A stretch of 64,000 nucleotides of DNA from Podarcis vaucheri (taxonomy: Eukaryota), in the NCBI GenBank assembly GCA_965113315.1, contig OZ220364.1. One strand, 5' to 3'. How positions within the stretch are numbered: the stretch's first letter is position 1; the number at the start of each line of letters is the position of its first letter. Below, in pieces: positions 49,415-63,390 of this stretch. The notes beneath the pieces are model-generated. The model saw only the letters and a list, made by a program, of their open reading frames with translations, was not told the DNA's origin and did not search any database. The translations under genes and the position numbers were made by a program.

Positions 49415-50389
49415 AAAATAAGATAATCAGAAGAACCTGTGTTTACAATAAATGCTTTTCTCTGAGGGGCAATGAAAACAAAGTTAAAACCCAAATCAGC
49501 AAGGGAAAACCTGTATATGCCAAGTTTCTTTATAGTGCATCTCAGGAAAAAAAGTTTCAAAACAGACTTTATTTTGCAGAAATTTACTAACAGAATTACT
49601 TATTTCTTCTCCTCCCAAAAAACTATAGTTTCTCACAGGACCCTCAGAGCGCCGCAAGAAACAAGTCCGAAGTACCCAACAAGCTTCTTATGTTACTGTT
49701 AGATGATTGTAGGAAGATTGTGCTAGCTTCCTTCTCTGGACAGTACTAGTTATAATATATTCCTTGCCTCAAAATTAGTATTTTCCACATGTGCAAAACT
49801 GTTTTGTGTTGACTTAATATTGGTGTTTAACGTTTCATGATCTTGAGAAATGCTTAGAAGTGGAAACTTTCCAGAGCTTGAATTCCCCTCTTCCCTTAAG
49901 TCTTCTTTGTGGATGATCATTTTAGTTAAAATTCCTCCAGCCTGAATGGCACAAAGTCTTAGAATATCAGAAGAACAGCACCATCTGCATTGACTTTCCT
50001 CAAATGCTAAGCTATTATTTTGCTATAGAAAAATACCAGTCTATTCAGCATAATGCAATTTCAAAGAAACCTGTTTTCTTTTTTTTTCCTTTTTCCTTTT
50101 TTTTTGCATATGGGATAAAGTAAGGCTCAAGTGCATCTATAAAAAATAGTAATAGGACCTCTTGTATACTGTCTCTTAACTATTTCAATATGATAACCTA
50201 TAGAAAAAGGCAACGTGGAGTTTTTTGTCCCTGTAGGATTAGAACGGTAGAAATTCATAGCAGCTCATTCTCAAAACTGGCATCCAGCTGAATCCCATTG
50301 CTGGCTCTGCAATCCTGTAGACTGAGGCATTCAAAAGCACAACTGCTAGAAATGTTACTGGAGAGCAGTGGGCAGCGCGCAACAATCTC

Positions 50390-50530
50390 CTAAAACACAG
50401 GTAGCCTTGTCGAAGTCAACGTGCACGAATTGATGTCCTGGGTGTGAGTTGCACGATGCAGAGAAGGTTCTGAAGCACTTCGGTTGATTTTGGGTAAAGA
50501 ATGCTGCAGCAATTCAATGGAAGACAATAT
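50390..50530 (-). CDS. RAF1: RAF1 last coding exon
   Basis: [46 protein letters not shown]; contains the 14-3-3 motif RSASEP. Confidence 0.97.
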   Translation of the reverse strand: MLSSIELLQHSLPKINRSASEPSLHRATHTQDINSCTLTSTRLPVF

Positions 50531-51969
50531 CTAAAGTAAAGAGGGGAAAGGGGGGGGGAGAGGAAATTATAACGGCCTGTCCAATTTCTGTGCAAGACTA
50601 TCTTAATTACAGTACTGACAACTTCCTAGGTCTAGACAAGGCTACAAGTGCAAATTTTGTGAAAGCTCTTGCCAGCCCCACCCACTTCCCTGTGACCATT
50701 TCCTGTTTATAAAATAGAGAGCAGACAGGACAGCGTTTATTTTCTGCCTTGTGAAAAGCGTGAGTGGCTCACATTACACACCCAAAGCACAAACCTATGT
50801 GCAGGGATACCCACAGGTTGCTGGCAATAGCTTGGGAGTGACAACGCTACAACACAAATACCCAGTTTTAAAATACATTCTTAAAAAAATCAAATTATAG
50901 TATCTCAGCATTACTGAAAAACAGTAAAGAAAAGTGAACATGGTTATCTGGAAAACTGTTTCATTATCTCCCACTAATGAAACATTTTGGTCTTATCAGA
51001 AGCAGGAAATACCAAGAAACATAAAATTGAGAATTTTAGTGTCTCTCAGGAAACAGATAAACAGAGATATAAATCTGTCTTTCTTTCTATAATTTATTTA
51101 TGTATGTGTGTGAGAACGATTAAACATAATATGCCTCTCTCCCCGCCACCCTCTCTCTCATAAATGCGGATATATACATAAGAGAAGGGTAAAATTTGTA
51201 TCTGTCTTGTTGTTTATGTATTTTATTACCCTTCTCTTGTATATATTAAATCATATATAATGTTATATAGACACAGCTGTATAATGTGTCCATCTTGCCC
51301 CAAGTGGAGGAGAGAAAGCTGCAGAAACGGGTTAGGAAGCTGCCAGCCTCTAGCTCCCCATGGAGACCTCTCTCCCCACTCCCCACCTGAGGGACGTCTG
51401 AAGAATCAAGAGGAACGGAGAAGAAAAGGAGGCAGCCTCTGCAATGACAGTTGTTTGTCCTTCCTCTTTCATCATATAATTTCTATCGACACTTATTTTA
51501 AAAAAATAATTTTATGTAAACTACTTTGTGAAGTCCATCCGATAAGCAGTACATATATTCAATAAATACATACCTACAGGTTTTTGTTTTTAATTATTAA
51601 AGATTTTCCTCGTTTACAAAAGCACATGCTTTGTATTTTTCTTCAGGTTGTGTTTTCTACAAGATCAGTTACTTTTGTCGTGAAACATTGGTGTTATATG
51701 CAGTATAGGGTTGGGAAGAAAAGAAGGGGGGCGGGAGAAAGGGTTGGGGTGGTAAAGCCCATATTCTTTTACTTGGTGTATGTGTAGGGTTTTTGTGTCA
51801 GTGTCACTTGAGGAGGTTCTCTTTCTATTCCTTTGCTATGTTTCCTTGATGGTGGGAGAGGTTGGGGTGGCCTGGGGTGTGGTTGATCACCTTTGGTTGG
51901 CTGCAGTGGGATCTGTTTCTGTGTGTGAGGAGGGTGTTGTTGGGTTAAGTTAATACATACCTATAGTTA

Positions 51970-52518
51970 CGAAATTAAAAGACGCCTGCTCCTTGGGAGA
52001 AAGGCGATGGCAAACCTAGACAACATCTTAAAAAGCAGAGACATCACCTTGCCAACAAAGGTCCGTATAGTTAAAGCTATGGTTTTCCCAGTAGTGATGT
52101 ATGGAAGTGAGAGCTGGACCATAAAGAAGGCTGATCGCCGAAGAATTGATGCTTTTGAATTAGGGTGCTGGAGGAGACTCTTGAGAGTCCCATGGACTGC
52201 AAGAAGATCAAACCTCTCCATTCTGAAGGAAATCAGCCCTGAGTGCTCACTGGAAGGACAGATCGTGAAGCTGCTCCAATACTTTGGCCACCTCATGAGA
52301 AGAGAGGACTCCCTGGAAAAGACCCTGATGTTGGGAAAGATGGAGGGCACAAGGAGAAGGGGACGACAGAGAATGAGATGGTTGGATGGTGTTCTTGAAG
52401 CTACTAGCATGAGTTTGATCAAACTGCGGGAGGCAGTGGAGGACAGAAGTGCCTGGCGTGCTCTGGTCCATGGGGTCACGAAGAGTCGGACACGACTAAA
52501 CGACTAAACAACAACAAC
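51970..52518 (+). mobile_element. RTE-BovB LINE, 5'-truncated 3' fragment
   Basis: ORF 52007-52507 MANLDNILKSRDITLPTKVRIVKAMVFPVVMYGSESWTIKK... is the BovB RT C-terminus; (CAA)n tail; TSD ATAGTTA at 51963-51969 and 52519-52525. Confidence 0.95.
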
Positions 52519-52602
52519 ATAGTTATACCTGTCTTTGTGCATGCATAGGTACATGTAGGCATGTCTGCATGCCTATGTGTGTGTCTCTTTCTCTAGAATA
52601 TT

Positions 52603-52606
<4 letters not shown>

Positions 52607-52636
<30 letters not shown>
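52607..52636. repeat. (CT)n microsatellite
   Basis: Direct inspection. Confidence 0.9.
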
Positions 52637-52639
<3 letters not shown>

Positions 52640-52913
52640 ATTCAGTCATGGAACTCACTGAGTTCCCTTGGACCAGTCACTCTCTTTTAGCCTAGTCTAC
52701 TTCACAGGGCTGTTTGCAAGGATAAATTATGAGGTGTGAAGTGAACCATGTGCTCTAATCTTGACTTCTATGGAGTAAAAAGGTAATAAAATAAAGTAAT
52801 AAAAATATTCTCTTGCCTGCAGTTTAAGAGATTCGTTTCCCCATTATTTTTCACTATTTGAACCAACATGTTCTCTCTGTCTCTTGCTTTATTCAAACAC
52901 ACACACAAGTTTA

Positions 52914-53087
<174 letters not shown>

Positions 53088-54665
53088 CTAAGAATAGGCA
53101 AACAAGCAAACCTTAGAAGTTTAGAGAGGCAGCATCTACGTTGAAAATAGTTTTAATGTAAACTATTCACTGTTCTCATGGAAATATGGAGGGCAGCTGC
53201 ATGTGGTTTCAAGGGGGAAGGGGACATCACTCATAAGTGATACCATGGAGGGCTGGGAAAGACTTCTGTCCGACAATCGGAAGGGCTATGGTTAGATGGC
53301 TCAGTGGCCTGGCTTGGTTTAAGGAAGCTTCCCATATTCTCAAGACCCCCCTCACTCACTGCCAGCTACCAAAATTAATTGCCAAATACATTCTGGCCCA
53401 AGAAAGAATATACGCACATGGAAGCTGCTTGCCAGATGGGAACCTCCTGCAGACTGGTGAGGGATCTGCATTGTGATAAACAGGCCATTTTATCTAATTT
53501 AGTACAAATTATAGCACATGTCATTGTATCTTCTTCCCCAGTGCTTCCAAAGTAGTTGACTTACAAGAAACAAACGTGTAACCTTCTAATGGCTCTATTT
53601 ATCTCTTAAGTTGAGAAGCCAGCCCCAGAAGCCTTTCCAAGCACCCACCACCACCATAATCCTGTGAGGGAGAACGTGGAGAGGCACTTGTTGGCCTCAG
53701 CCCTTCTACCATGTTCCCGTTGCACTTTCAGAAGGGTCATTTATGCAGTAAGCAGCTTCTCCTTGTGGAGGGAGGCTCACCGCACAATCAGAGCTTTCTG
53801 CAGCCTTCTAAATCAACCATGAAGCCTCCAACCTTTTCTGTGAGAAAAACAGGTGTTCCAACTTCACCCAATGCTTGGCATTGCCAAACAGCAGTTCCCC
53901 TTTGCTGCCCCATGATAAAAAAGGGGGTGGGCTTGCCGATTTGGCTGCCTAACCACTCCCAGCATCCTTACCAACTTCAGTGCTGGGAGAGGGCTGGGAC
54001 CACCATACAACTGCTGAGACACGTCTGCAGCTTCGAAGTTTGGCAGAAGGCTAATTGCCCATCACCAGAGGGTAGTGCCACACTTGCCACAGTGAGTGGT
54101 AACTGCCTCTAAGGTAGCACTGAGGATGCACTACAGCTACTAGACCAGTTAGGAACCTTGTGCTTTCCACTTTAGCATGTCATATTACTTTAAAGTTCAA
54201 GGCACTTCTTTCATCTAGCATATAACAATTATTTCCATCTGGGCAGACAGGCTTAAGAAACAATGAAGGCAGAGTTCACAAGCAGTGTTCGCCTATCCTG
54301 CCTTCGATCCTCAGGTTAAGGCTTTCCTAACGCTCAGCCCAACCCTTGAGAAGACACAGATCCTTGGAGACCAATGGGAACTCCAAGAACACACAACCCA
54401 GATTTCACAAGGGAATTAGTTGACAAACTGACCCCTGTATCAAGTGTTAACAATGTAGATTTTTTTTTCAGTCCTCTAAAACTCTGACTCAACATTCCGA
54501 CCAGCCTAGTGCTAACATACACTGCACAGCAAACAAGCAGTTTGGGCAAAGTATATATGATGTTATACCGACTTTTCAATGTTACTGCAAACAGATACCC
54601 TCTGCAAAAGCTTTTATATGGGATGCCCTGCTGCTTAGATACACACAAGCCAAGATCTACTTCTA

Positions 54666-55055
<390 letters not shown>

Positions 55056-55477
55056 TTAAATTTATTTCCTCAAACATTCAAATTGGCATTGGAAACAATT
55101 GAATGAAAAATGTGGGGGTTTTTAAATCAGGGGAAATACAATGGAACACATGATCGTTCCTCTGCCCTCATTTCCACGCTGTCAGCTTGAGGCCAGCAGG
55201 GCCCTGGGGGAGGTGGCAGAACTGCAGTCATTTCTCACCACCTCCAGGCTGCAGCCTCAGCTTCTTAAAAACTTAATATAGACATTGGCCTAGTACAGAA
55301 ACAAGAAGTAACTATGGTTTGTCATTACAAGAATGAGCCTGCACACATCGGACTTCCTTGCTCCTGCTGCGCCCCCCCCCCCCACCTTCCTACATACAAA
55401 GGAGATCAAAAGCTTCCATGATCAGTTTGATATCCTGGCTTCTTTTAACTACCTAACGTTCCCGAACTTTGGGTGTA

Positions 55478-55692
55478 CATTGGTACCTCGGGTTAAGTAC
55501 TTAATTCGTTCTGGAGGTCCGTTATTAACCTGAAACTGTTCTTAACCTGAAACACCACTTTAGCTAATGGGGCCTCCCGCTGCCGGAGCACAATTTCTGT
55601 TCTCATCCTGAAGCAAAGTTCTTAACCTGAAGCACTATTTCTGGGTTAGCAGAGTCTGTAACCTGAAGCATATGTAACCCGAGGTACCACTG
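55478..55692. mobile_element. Tigger-like MITE, family copy 3
   Basis: TA TSD; TIR CATTGGTACCTCGGG...CCCGAGGTACCACTG; near-identical to 13504-13721. Confidence 0.9.
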
Positions 55693-56236
55693 TAATGGGA
55701 ATCCGTGGTTAGTTCAAAAGCCTATGCGTTTGGCATGCCACCTCTGGTTAAGACCTTGGGTGGGGGAAGGAACCCTGAGGTGCACACAGGCTCATTCTCA
55801 TAACAAACCCTAATTTGTTTTGCAAGGCCGTGTATCCTGAAGCCTAGTCAAAAAACCTATCTGCAGCACCTACCCACTCAAACCCCCTTCCATGTTAAAA
55901 AGAAAACTGCAGCTCTAAAAGCACACATAGATATACACCTTCTTTTGCAACACAGGAAGCAGCCATGCCAATTGTAGAATAGCAGTACTGTATGCTAGTT
56001 CTCTGGTATTTAAGCAAGGATGAGGAACTTTTGGCTTTCTAGATACTGCTGCATTCCACTGTCCTCATCCCCGGCCAGCAGTCAGGGATAATGGAAATTG
56101 TAGGCCAAAAGCAATCCAAAGGTTCCCCATCCCTGGATTAAAGGATAAGAAACATGTTTTTGTCATATACTGCACATTAAAAACAAAAGTTAAAAGGAAT
56201 AACTTTAATGTCAGACCAGCTACAAGCAACACTTAC

Positions 56237-56355
56237 CATCCAGAGAACGGATCCAGTAGGTTGTTCTACCTGCTGGGAACCACTCCACCTAGATTTGACT
56301 GTTGCCAGCCCAAAGTCTCCAATCTTTACTGTGCGGTCTTCATGAAGAAATATAT
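56237..56355 (-). CDS. RAF1: RAF1 kinase exon (DFG / activation segment)
   Basis: (N)[39 protein letters not shown]; 119 nt. Confidence 0.97.
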
Positions 56356-57136
56356 CTACATAACTCTTAAGGAACACACATGGACAGTCACTTCAGTTAC
56401 CAAACACAGTCATCCTGGCATCCAGGCCTGTTTCCAGAAGATATTCTACACTAGTTTTTAATGAATGTGTTTTAAGAACACAAGATGGATCAGACTGGAT
56501 CAGGCCAATGGCTCATCTAGTCCATCACCTTGTTCTCACAGTGACCAACCAGGTTTATAAATATATTGTAAAATATTTGGTATTAAAAGGAAGGTGGTAA
56601 GGTGCCTAGGTACATCCTTTTTTTCTCCCACACCTTCCCCACTCCCCAGATTTTTATTACTCTCAGCACTGAACTTCCAACTATAGGTAAAAGGGAGGTG
56701 CTTGAGTCCATTAGCAGACTGCTTACTATTTTTAAGTTCTCTCAAAACACACAATTTGGTTTCTTTTAATTAAGTTTCCGTGTATCCGCTGCACTTTATA
56801 GAGTCCTATCCACTGAAAGCTTCAAAGGACATTGAGCTTTCCAGAGACAGGACCTGTAAAGAATGCAGACCATACATTATAAGGTTTGGTTTTTAAACAA
56901 TAAAATAAAATTATGTGTTATGAATTTAGAGATCTTGAAAACAGCCCCAGTTTTCAACTCAGATCTACAAACGAAAGACAGCTAACGAATGCAGAAGTAA
57001 CCTTCAATATTGCTATTAACTAACATGTCTTCATATCACTTAATCATCAGAACAAACTAGAAATACTATGCCCCATGTTCCATATTGCTCTAATGACGGC
57101 AGGCCATCAGAATTCCACCGAGTAAGAAAAGGATAC
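56356..57136 (-). other. U12-type (minor spliceosome) GT-AG intron
   Basis: 5' splice site GTATCCTTTT; branch-like TTCCTTAAG (56366-56374) 10 nt from the 3' end; no polypyrimidine tract. Confidence 0.9.
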
Positions 57137-57183
57137 TATTCGATTTCATATCTCTGTGTATTATATTCTTCGCATGTAAGTAG
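57137..57183 (-). CDS. RAF1: RAF1 kinase exon (HRD motif)
   Basis: (D)YLHAKNIIHRDMKSN(N); 47 nt. Confidence 0.97.
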
Positions 57184-57555
57184 CTGTAAACAAAATTTGA
57201 GACATAAAAATGTGAACATATTTACATGTCAAAAGTCAAGTTTCAAAGCAACAAACTACATCCTTAATCAAACACAATGAAGATTATAATTTCCTCAGTA
57301 GTTATCTACTGTAGCTAGAAAGCTTTCATTTTATCAATTTAGAATCAGACAGTGCTATTTTTGTATATTAGGAAAACATCTTTGTAATCTCTCTCTGGAA
57401 GATTGCCTGGTGTTTTTATATTTCAAGTTTTACAGGCACTATCAAGATCTGCCTGGACCCAAGACAGCACTTCCTTGATTTTCTCTAGCACTATTTCATC
57501 TTCGGAGCAGTCAACACCACTTCCATAGCTACAATGATTCAGTCCAGATTACTCA

Positions 57556-57753
<198 letters not shown>

Positions 57754-58238
57754 TCAACATATGAACATGGAGTGTATGTTCAGCTTTGTAAATTAAATAA
57801 ACATGTGAAATTCAGAACTCCATTGATTTAGGGGTGGATTTTTCTTCTGATCCAAAGCTTTCCAAAAAACTAGTACCTCTGAACCCAAGCTGAAGCTCAA
57901 CTGCTTTTCTCTATAGCAAAGGTTTTGCAGGGATATGTAAATTTAACAGAGAAAGAGAAACGTCTATTTATAGAAATAAATGTCTTTTACTAATGACAAA
58001 ATAATGAATGAGCCTGAATTTCCCTGTGCTTATGTGGCTCTTTGAATTTTGGCGATGCAGTCTTTCCTGCTTGGATTTGAAGGTGAATTTGAGCAGCATC
58101 CAATATAAACTCTGTATGTGCTTTTTGGGCTGTCCCTCTTCAGCTAGTCAGGCAGAACCCCCTGGAACACTGTTCTGAAGGCTGGCATATCCTCTAGTGT
58201 GGCACGAGACACAAGCTGCTGCTGCCAGAAAGGGGATC

Positions 58239-58239
<1 letters not shown>

Positions 58240-58287
<48 letters not shown>
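58240..58287. repeat. (GT)24 microsatellite
   Basis: Direct inspection. Confidence 0.95.
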
Positions 58288-58291
<4 letters not shown>

Positions 58292-58968
58292 CAGCAAATC
58301 CTTCCCTTTGCATGCAAAAGAGTGCTTCTACACCAGTCTGTTGCCCAGTGAAGAGCTTTGAAGACTAACAAGCAGGACTGACCCAAAACAGTTTGTTGTC
58401 TGAGGCAAAGGACAAGATGGCACTCCCTTCACATTCCATACACAGAAGCTGACTGGGCTGAGAACGGGCTGTTTCTCCAAACTGGTAAAATGATAGCATC
58501 CTCCACTGCGCTTGAGTCAGAAGGCTACTTTTTAAAGTGGTCAGAACATGTCATGAAGAATACATAGACTTGCCCTCCAAAAGACAGGAATGACTGGGGG
58601 GTGGGGAGCACAGGAGGAATAGCCAAGAGGCTGCTGCTTCCCCTCAACATCTGCTACCTGAGGCAGTTGGCTTATGCTGCGTAATGGTAGGGCCAGCCTT
58701 GGCAAGTATTGATCACAGTTCCAGCCAACAAGGAACTGTTAGCTAACAAACTGAACATCCCTGCCTCAGGATAGTCCACAATTTGGATGCAGCAGTATGA
58801 GAGTCTGGTAAATCTTCCAGTTCTGTTTAGTTTACTATCCTTGCGATAACCTCACACAATAAAGCGTTTTACTGAAAACACAATGAGCCTGTGCATCCAG
58901 CCACTTTAGACAACAGTCAACTTAATAAAAGTACTAGACAAGCATTTTAAAGTCACCATGTTGGCTTA

Positions 58969-59268
<300 letters not shown>

Positions 59269-60010
59269 TTACACTGAGGCACAGAGGTCTGCTCAAAGGA
59301 AAAACATACAACACCTCACAAGGCAGGACCAAGCATTTGAGTACACTAAGTAGTTCTTTGAATCTTGGCCACTATTTCCAAATACCCACTTCCCTTCCAC
59401 CAATGCAAACACACCTTATAAGAATAATGGAAGAGCTGTTTATAATTTGTTGTAAACATGATAATGGAAAAGATGATGAAATGTGGCTGCTAAAGTTTGC
59501 TCAGCATGGCGTGTGCAATGCCACCTCCTGATGGGCAGGACATATGGTCAGCCTTTCTCCCAATTTTGAAACTGAATGAGCATGGTTGTAATTTGGTGTA
59601 CTGGGTTGCTGTTATTTCATTCTGCAACTCTATAAAGTATCTTTTTTTCCTACCTGCTTTTTTTTTGGTGCAACATGTTTTTGTACGTAACAAAAATTCA
59701 ATAAACACTTGAAGAAGAAGAAATGACAGAGACAATATTTCAAAAAATAAAAATGGAAAAACAAAATTGCAGAGGAGAGAGGGGGTTGTTCCTGCAGCTG
59801 AGCAGCAACTCCCATCACCACCCCAGTTCCAAAGTTGGAATGAAGGGTTCTCTGCCCCATACATAATTATGGGATCAGTTCTTATCAGATATCTATGAAT
59901 CAAAAATATTAAACCTGTACACATGGCCAAATGTATATATTTTTTACTATGTTAAACAATTTTAATATTGATATTTTCCAAGAAGAGTGGTAGGAATACT
60001 TGATACTTAC

Positions 60011-60128
60011 CATGCCATTTGCCTTTGTAAACAGTCCCAAAAGAGCCTGATCCTACTCTGGTAGAGAGCATAACTTCACTTGCTTCTATTTCCCAATAAT
60101 AATTTGAGTCTCTCTGTCCACGAGGTCT
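60011..60128 (-). CDS. RAF1: RAF1 exon (N-region and Gly-rich loop)
   Basis: [39 protein letters not shown]; 118 nt. Confidence 0.97.
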
Positions 60129-61035
60129 CTGGAAAGCAAGTAAATATTTACAATACAGACAGCATGGCCTGGAAACCAAGTTTCACAGGTTCAGATTAAA
60201 GCTTGCCGCAAGTATGATTAATGATATTTGGAAATAATCTAGATCTGACTACGCAGTACATACACAGTTATAATGTAGACTTAACAAAATGTCAACAGGA
60301 AATATGTTTAAGCAAACTAAGGACTGAATGGGCATCTGTATATTTCTAAATCTGTTGTACAGATGGAAAATAATCTATGCCGTAACATCACTCCCAATAA
60401 CTTTTTTCTATTTAATGACAATCAGATTTCCCTCTTATACAAATGTGGTCATATTCTCATCTCCATACTAACAGCCTGTTTCTAATACTTCCTGTGCCAG
60501 CAGATAAGAGCTTATCAGCTGTAACAACACGAAGTCAGAAATCGTAATTTTTTTACTGGTTCAAGGGGCTGATGTAAAGATCTAGGTGCTGTATTATGAT
60601 ACTGAGCAGAGTAATATGGAGGCAGGTGCTATTGCAAATTGGAGACTAAGGATGGGGAACCCGTGGCCCTCCATGTTGCTAGACCACAACTCCCATCAGC
60701 CTTAGCTGGCACGCCCAATGGTCACAGATGAAGGAAATTGTAGTCTAGCAACATCTGAGAAGGCCCACAGGTTAGGCCACCCCTGCTGGAGAGTTGCGCT
60801 GGGTTTGTTTTTAGAATCAGAGTGAAGGCATTAGTGAAGAATGTAAAATAACATTGACAAACACTTGGACTTCTTTTAGAAGCTCACACACTATTCAGCT
60901 ATGGCAGCAGCATAAAGAGTATGACACAGAATACATGCAAATCATTGCGACACATCCAGCTGCAAGCTTTAATATATTTGAAAATCACGTTGTATACTCT
61001 GAGTATCTTCCGGCTGTAAATACTCTGATACATAC

Positions 61036-61160
61036 GATTTTTTTTTCTTGCGAATTACATCCTGCCGCTCTCTCTCTTGGGGCTGGAACTGGTGTTTTAG
61101 GCTGGGACCATCCTGTTGGACTTGTATTGTTGGGGCTTCCGGATATAGCGGAGGGTGATG
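61036..61160 (-). CDS. RAF1: RAF1 hinge exon
   Basis: (A)[41 protein letters not shown]; 125 nt. Confidence 0.93.
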
Positions 61161-61372
61161 CTTCGCATGTTTGAAGAAAGATGAAAGAGACGCTTACTAA
61201 CATTAGACAACCCCCGTATCAGAAGCAAGAAAAACATGCGGGAACTGGTATGACACCATGTTGTGCAAAGCCTAAGTCCGTTTTACTGCATCAATGATAT
61301 TCTGTGCTCCAGCTGCATGCTAATTCTAACATGGAAGCACTTTTTAATGTAGAAACGTTCATAATATGAATC

Positions 61373-61546
61373 ATCATAATTCAGTGGCAGAGCAGAAGCT
61401 TTCCCTGCAGAAGGTTCCAAGTTCAATCCCTGGCATCTCCAGGTAGGACTGGGAAAGACCTCTTGATGGAACTCTGGAAAGCTGCTGCCAGTCAGAGAAG
61501 ACCACATTAAGCTAGATCGTCTGAATCAACATAAGGCAGCTTCCCA
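61373..61546 (+). mobile_element. Degenerate tRNA-derived SINE
   Basis: A-box-like TAATTCAGTGGCAGAGC and B-box-like AGTTCAATCCC, followed by a body similar to remnants near 43905 and 53190. Confidence 0.6.
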
Positions 61547-61591
61547 AGTGGCCCTCCCAGTATCCCACATATTATTAAGTGAAACACTCAC

Positions 61592-61619
61592 CAGATTCAC
61601 TGTGACTACGTATCGCATC
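61592..61619 (-). CDS. RAF1: RAF1 28-nt small exon
   Basis: DAIRSHSES(A); tttcag/gtgagt boundaries. Confidence 0.93.
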
Positions 61620-63390
61620 CTGAAACAAAAAGAACAGGTATCAACACTTCAGCATAATTGCTCTGGAAGGCGGAATAGAGCAGAAAATTTCTCACTAACG
61701 GGAAACTGGCTCAGCAGCTTTAATTGTAGACACCAAACCACCACAACATTTGGAGATGCTGGCCATTTAAAATGCAAGGAAACTTAAGTATGCCTAACTT
61801 TTAAAATGAAGTTGTCGAATTAATCGTTGAAGTATTCACAGGAGCATTCAAGTTAACCTTTCATGAAAGGCCACCATTAACCAATCAAGTTAGTGGTGTA
61901 ACATGTATTTTGCATAACCTACTACATATAGAGCAAGTCCAGTTCCATCTGGTCATATTTAAACATAGCGATGAATTGAATCTGTAAAAGTGGAAATCCA
62001 CACGGCCCCCACTATACCACTGCTGCAGCTGAGCTCGTTTCTCCTTCTCTCACTGCATGCCACACATGCTACCCTTTGTAAACATGCACAGCTCTGATAT
62101 AAGGCAATTTTAGAATGGTTCCCATTTGTCCAGCATTATCCAGTGCACGGATTGTGTATAGTGGATAGAAAGACACAAAGCAAAATGCAAGGTCAAAAGA
62201 AAGGTGAGAAAATAGCCAGAATGCAGTTTTTCTGCCAAAGCTAAACTGGTCTCACCCTGTGAACTGTCTAGAAGTCAAATTGAGCTACTCAGAGCTCTTT
62301 GAAGGAAAAGTAGTGTGTAAGCACGTTCAACAAAATAAAAATAATGAGGATTCAGACAGATTTCTAGTCAAGATGGGCAAGATGAAACACTGAATAAAAC
62401 CACCTGTAGAAGTATAGCTCAGTGAGAATTGCTCATCACCTTTCATTCTAAGGAGGTTCATTTGGAAATGGGCAATTGGGAACAGTTCCTGGAATCCCAA
62501 GAATTGTGTGCTCACGCAAGAGAAGTGGGGTGGTGCTTTCTGCTGGCATTTCCTTCTGCCACATAAAATCCTGCTCCAATGCGTCTCCCGACCTTCAGAA
62601 GCAGCTCTACAGAGACACAAGTGGCTTCAAAAGGAAGGGAGAAGGATGGGGAAATCCCCACACAGGGGTATCCCTGCCAGCTAAGCTAAAATGTGGACTT
62701 TACAGGAACTTTCATGCACTTGCTGTGGCTTGGATGTGGCCACAAAGGCACAGGCTGTCCTCTGTTTTGTTTTTTAAAAAAACACAATCCAAATCCTGAA
62801 TTTCTAAGAAGAAAATATTCACTGCATTTCAAAGCTGGGTGTTCCCTCATCCCCCAATTTCAACTTAAATAAAGTACTCATCTCCACCAGGCAAAGTATT
62901 TTTGAAGTACTGCTTCTGTGCTCTCTTCTATAATCACAAGCCTTCATTTACTGAAGGCTTGCTTTATATAAAGCTAAACTATTCAGATGTCTGTGTAGCT
63001 TCTTGTTGGGAGCACACTATAATCCACCAACCCTAAAAAAGCAGTTTAAAAAATGACATTTCTGAGTTTTTTATAATAAAAATATTCAACCAGCATGCCC
63101 ACTTATCATTTTAACACACAACCACATCCATGAGAGCAAAGCTAAAAGGAACAGGTTTACTCCAGAAGCTATGGATTTTGCTCTGTACCACTGAAAGCTT
63201 CATCTGTGTAGTGCAAGTTCTATTTTGTATTACAAACTCTGGGTTTTAGTACTAGAACTAAACAAACATGCCACACTGGTCTTCCCAAATGCAACTGTTA
63301 AGCTACAGTTATTTAACTCACACTAATTTGGCCAACTCTCTTAGCAATCCTGTTAACTGAAGAAAGCAAAGGCATCCAGATAATACCTAC

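Noticed and set aside
51967-52507. 166-aa and antisense 170-aa ORFs as host genes
   Set aside because: Truncated BovB reverse transcriptase fragment and its antisense shadow
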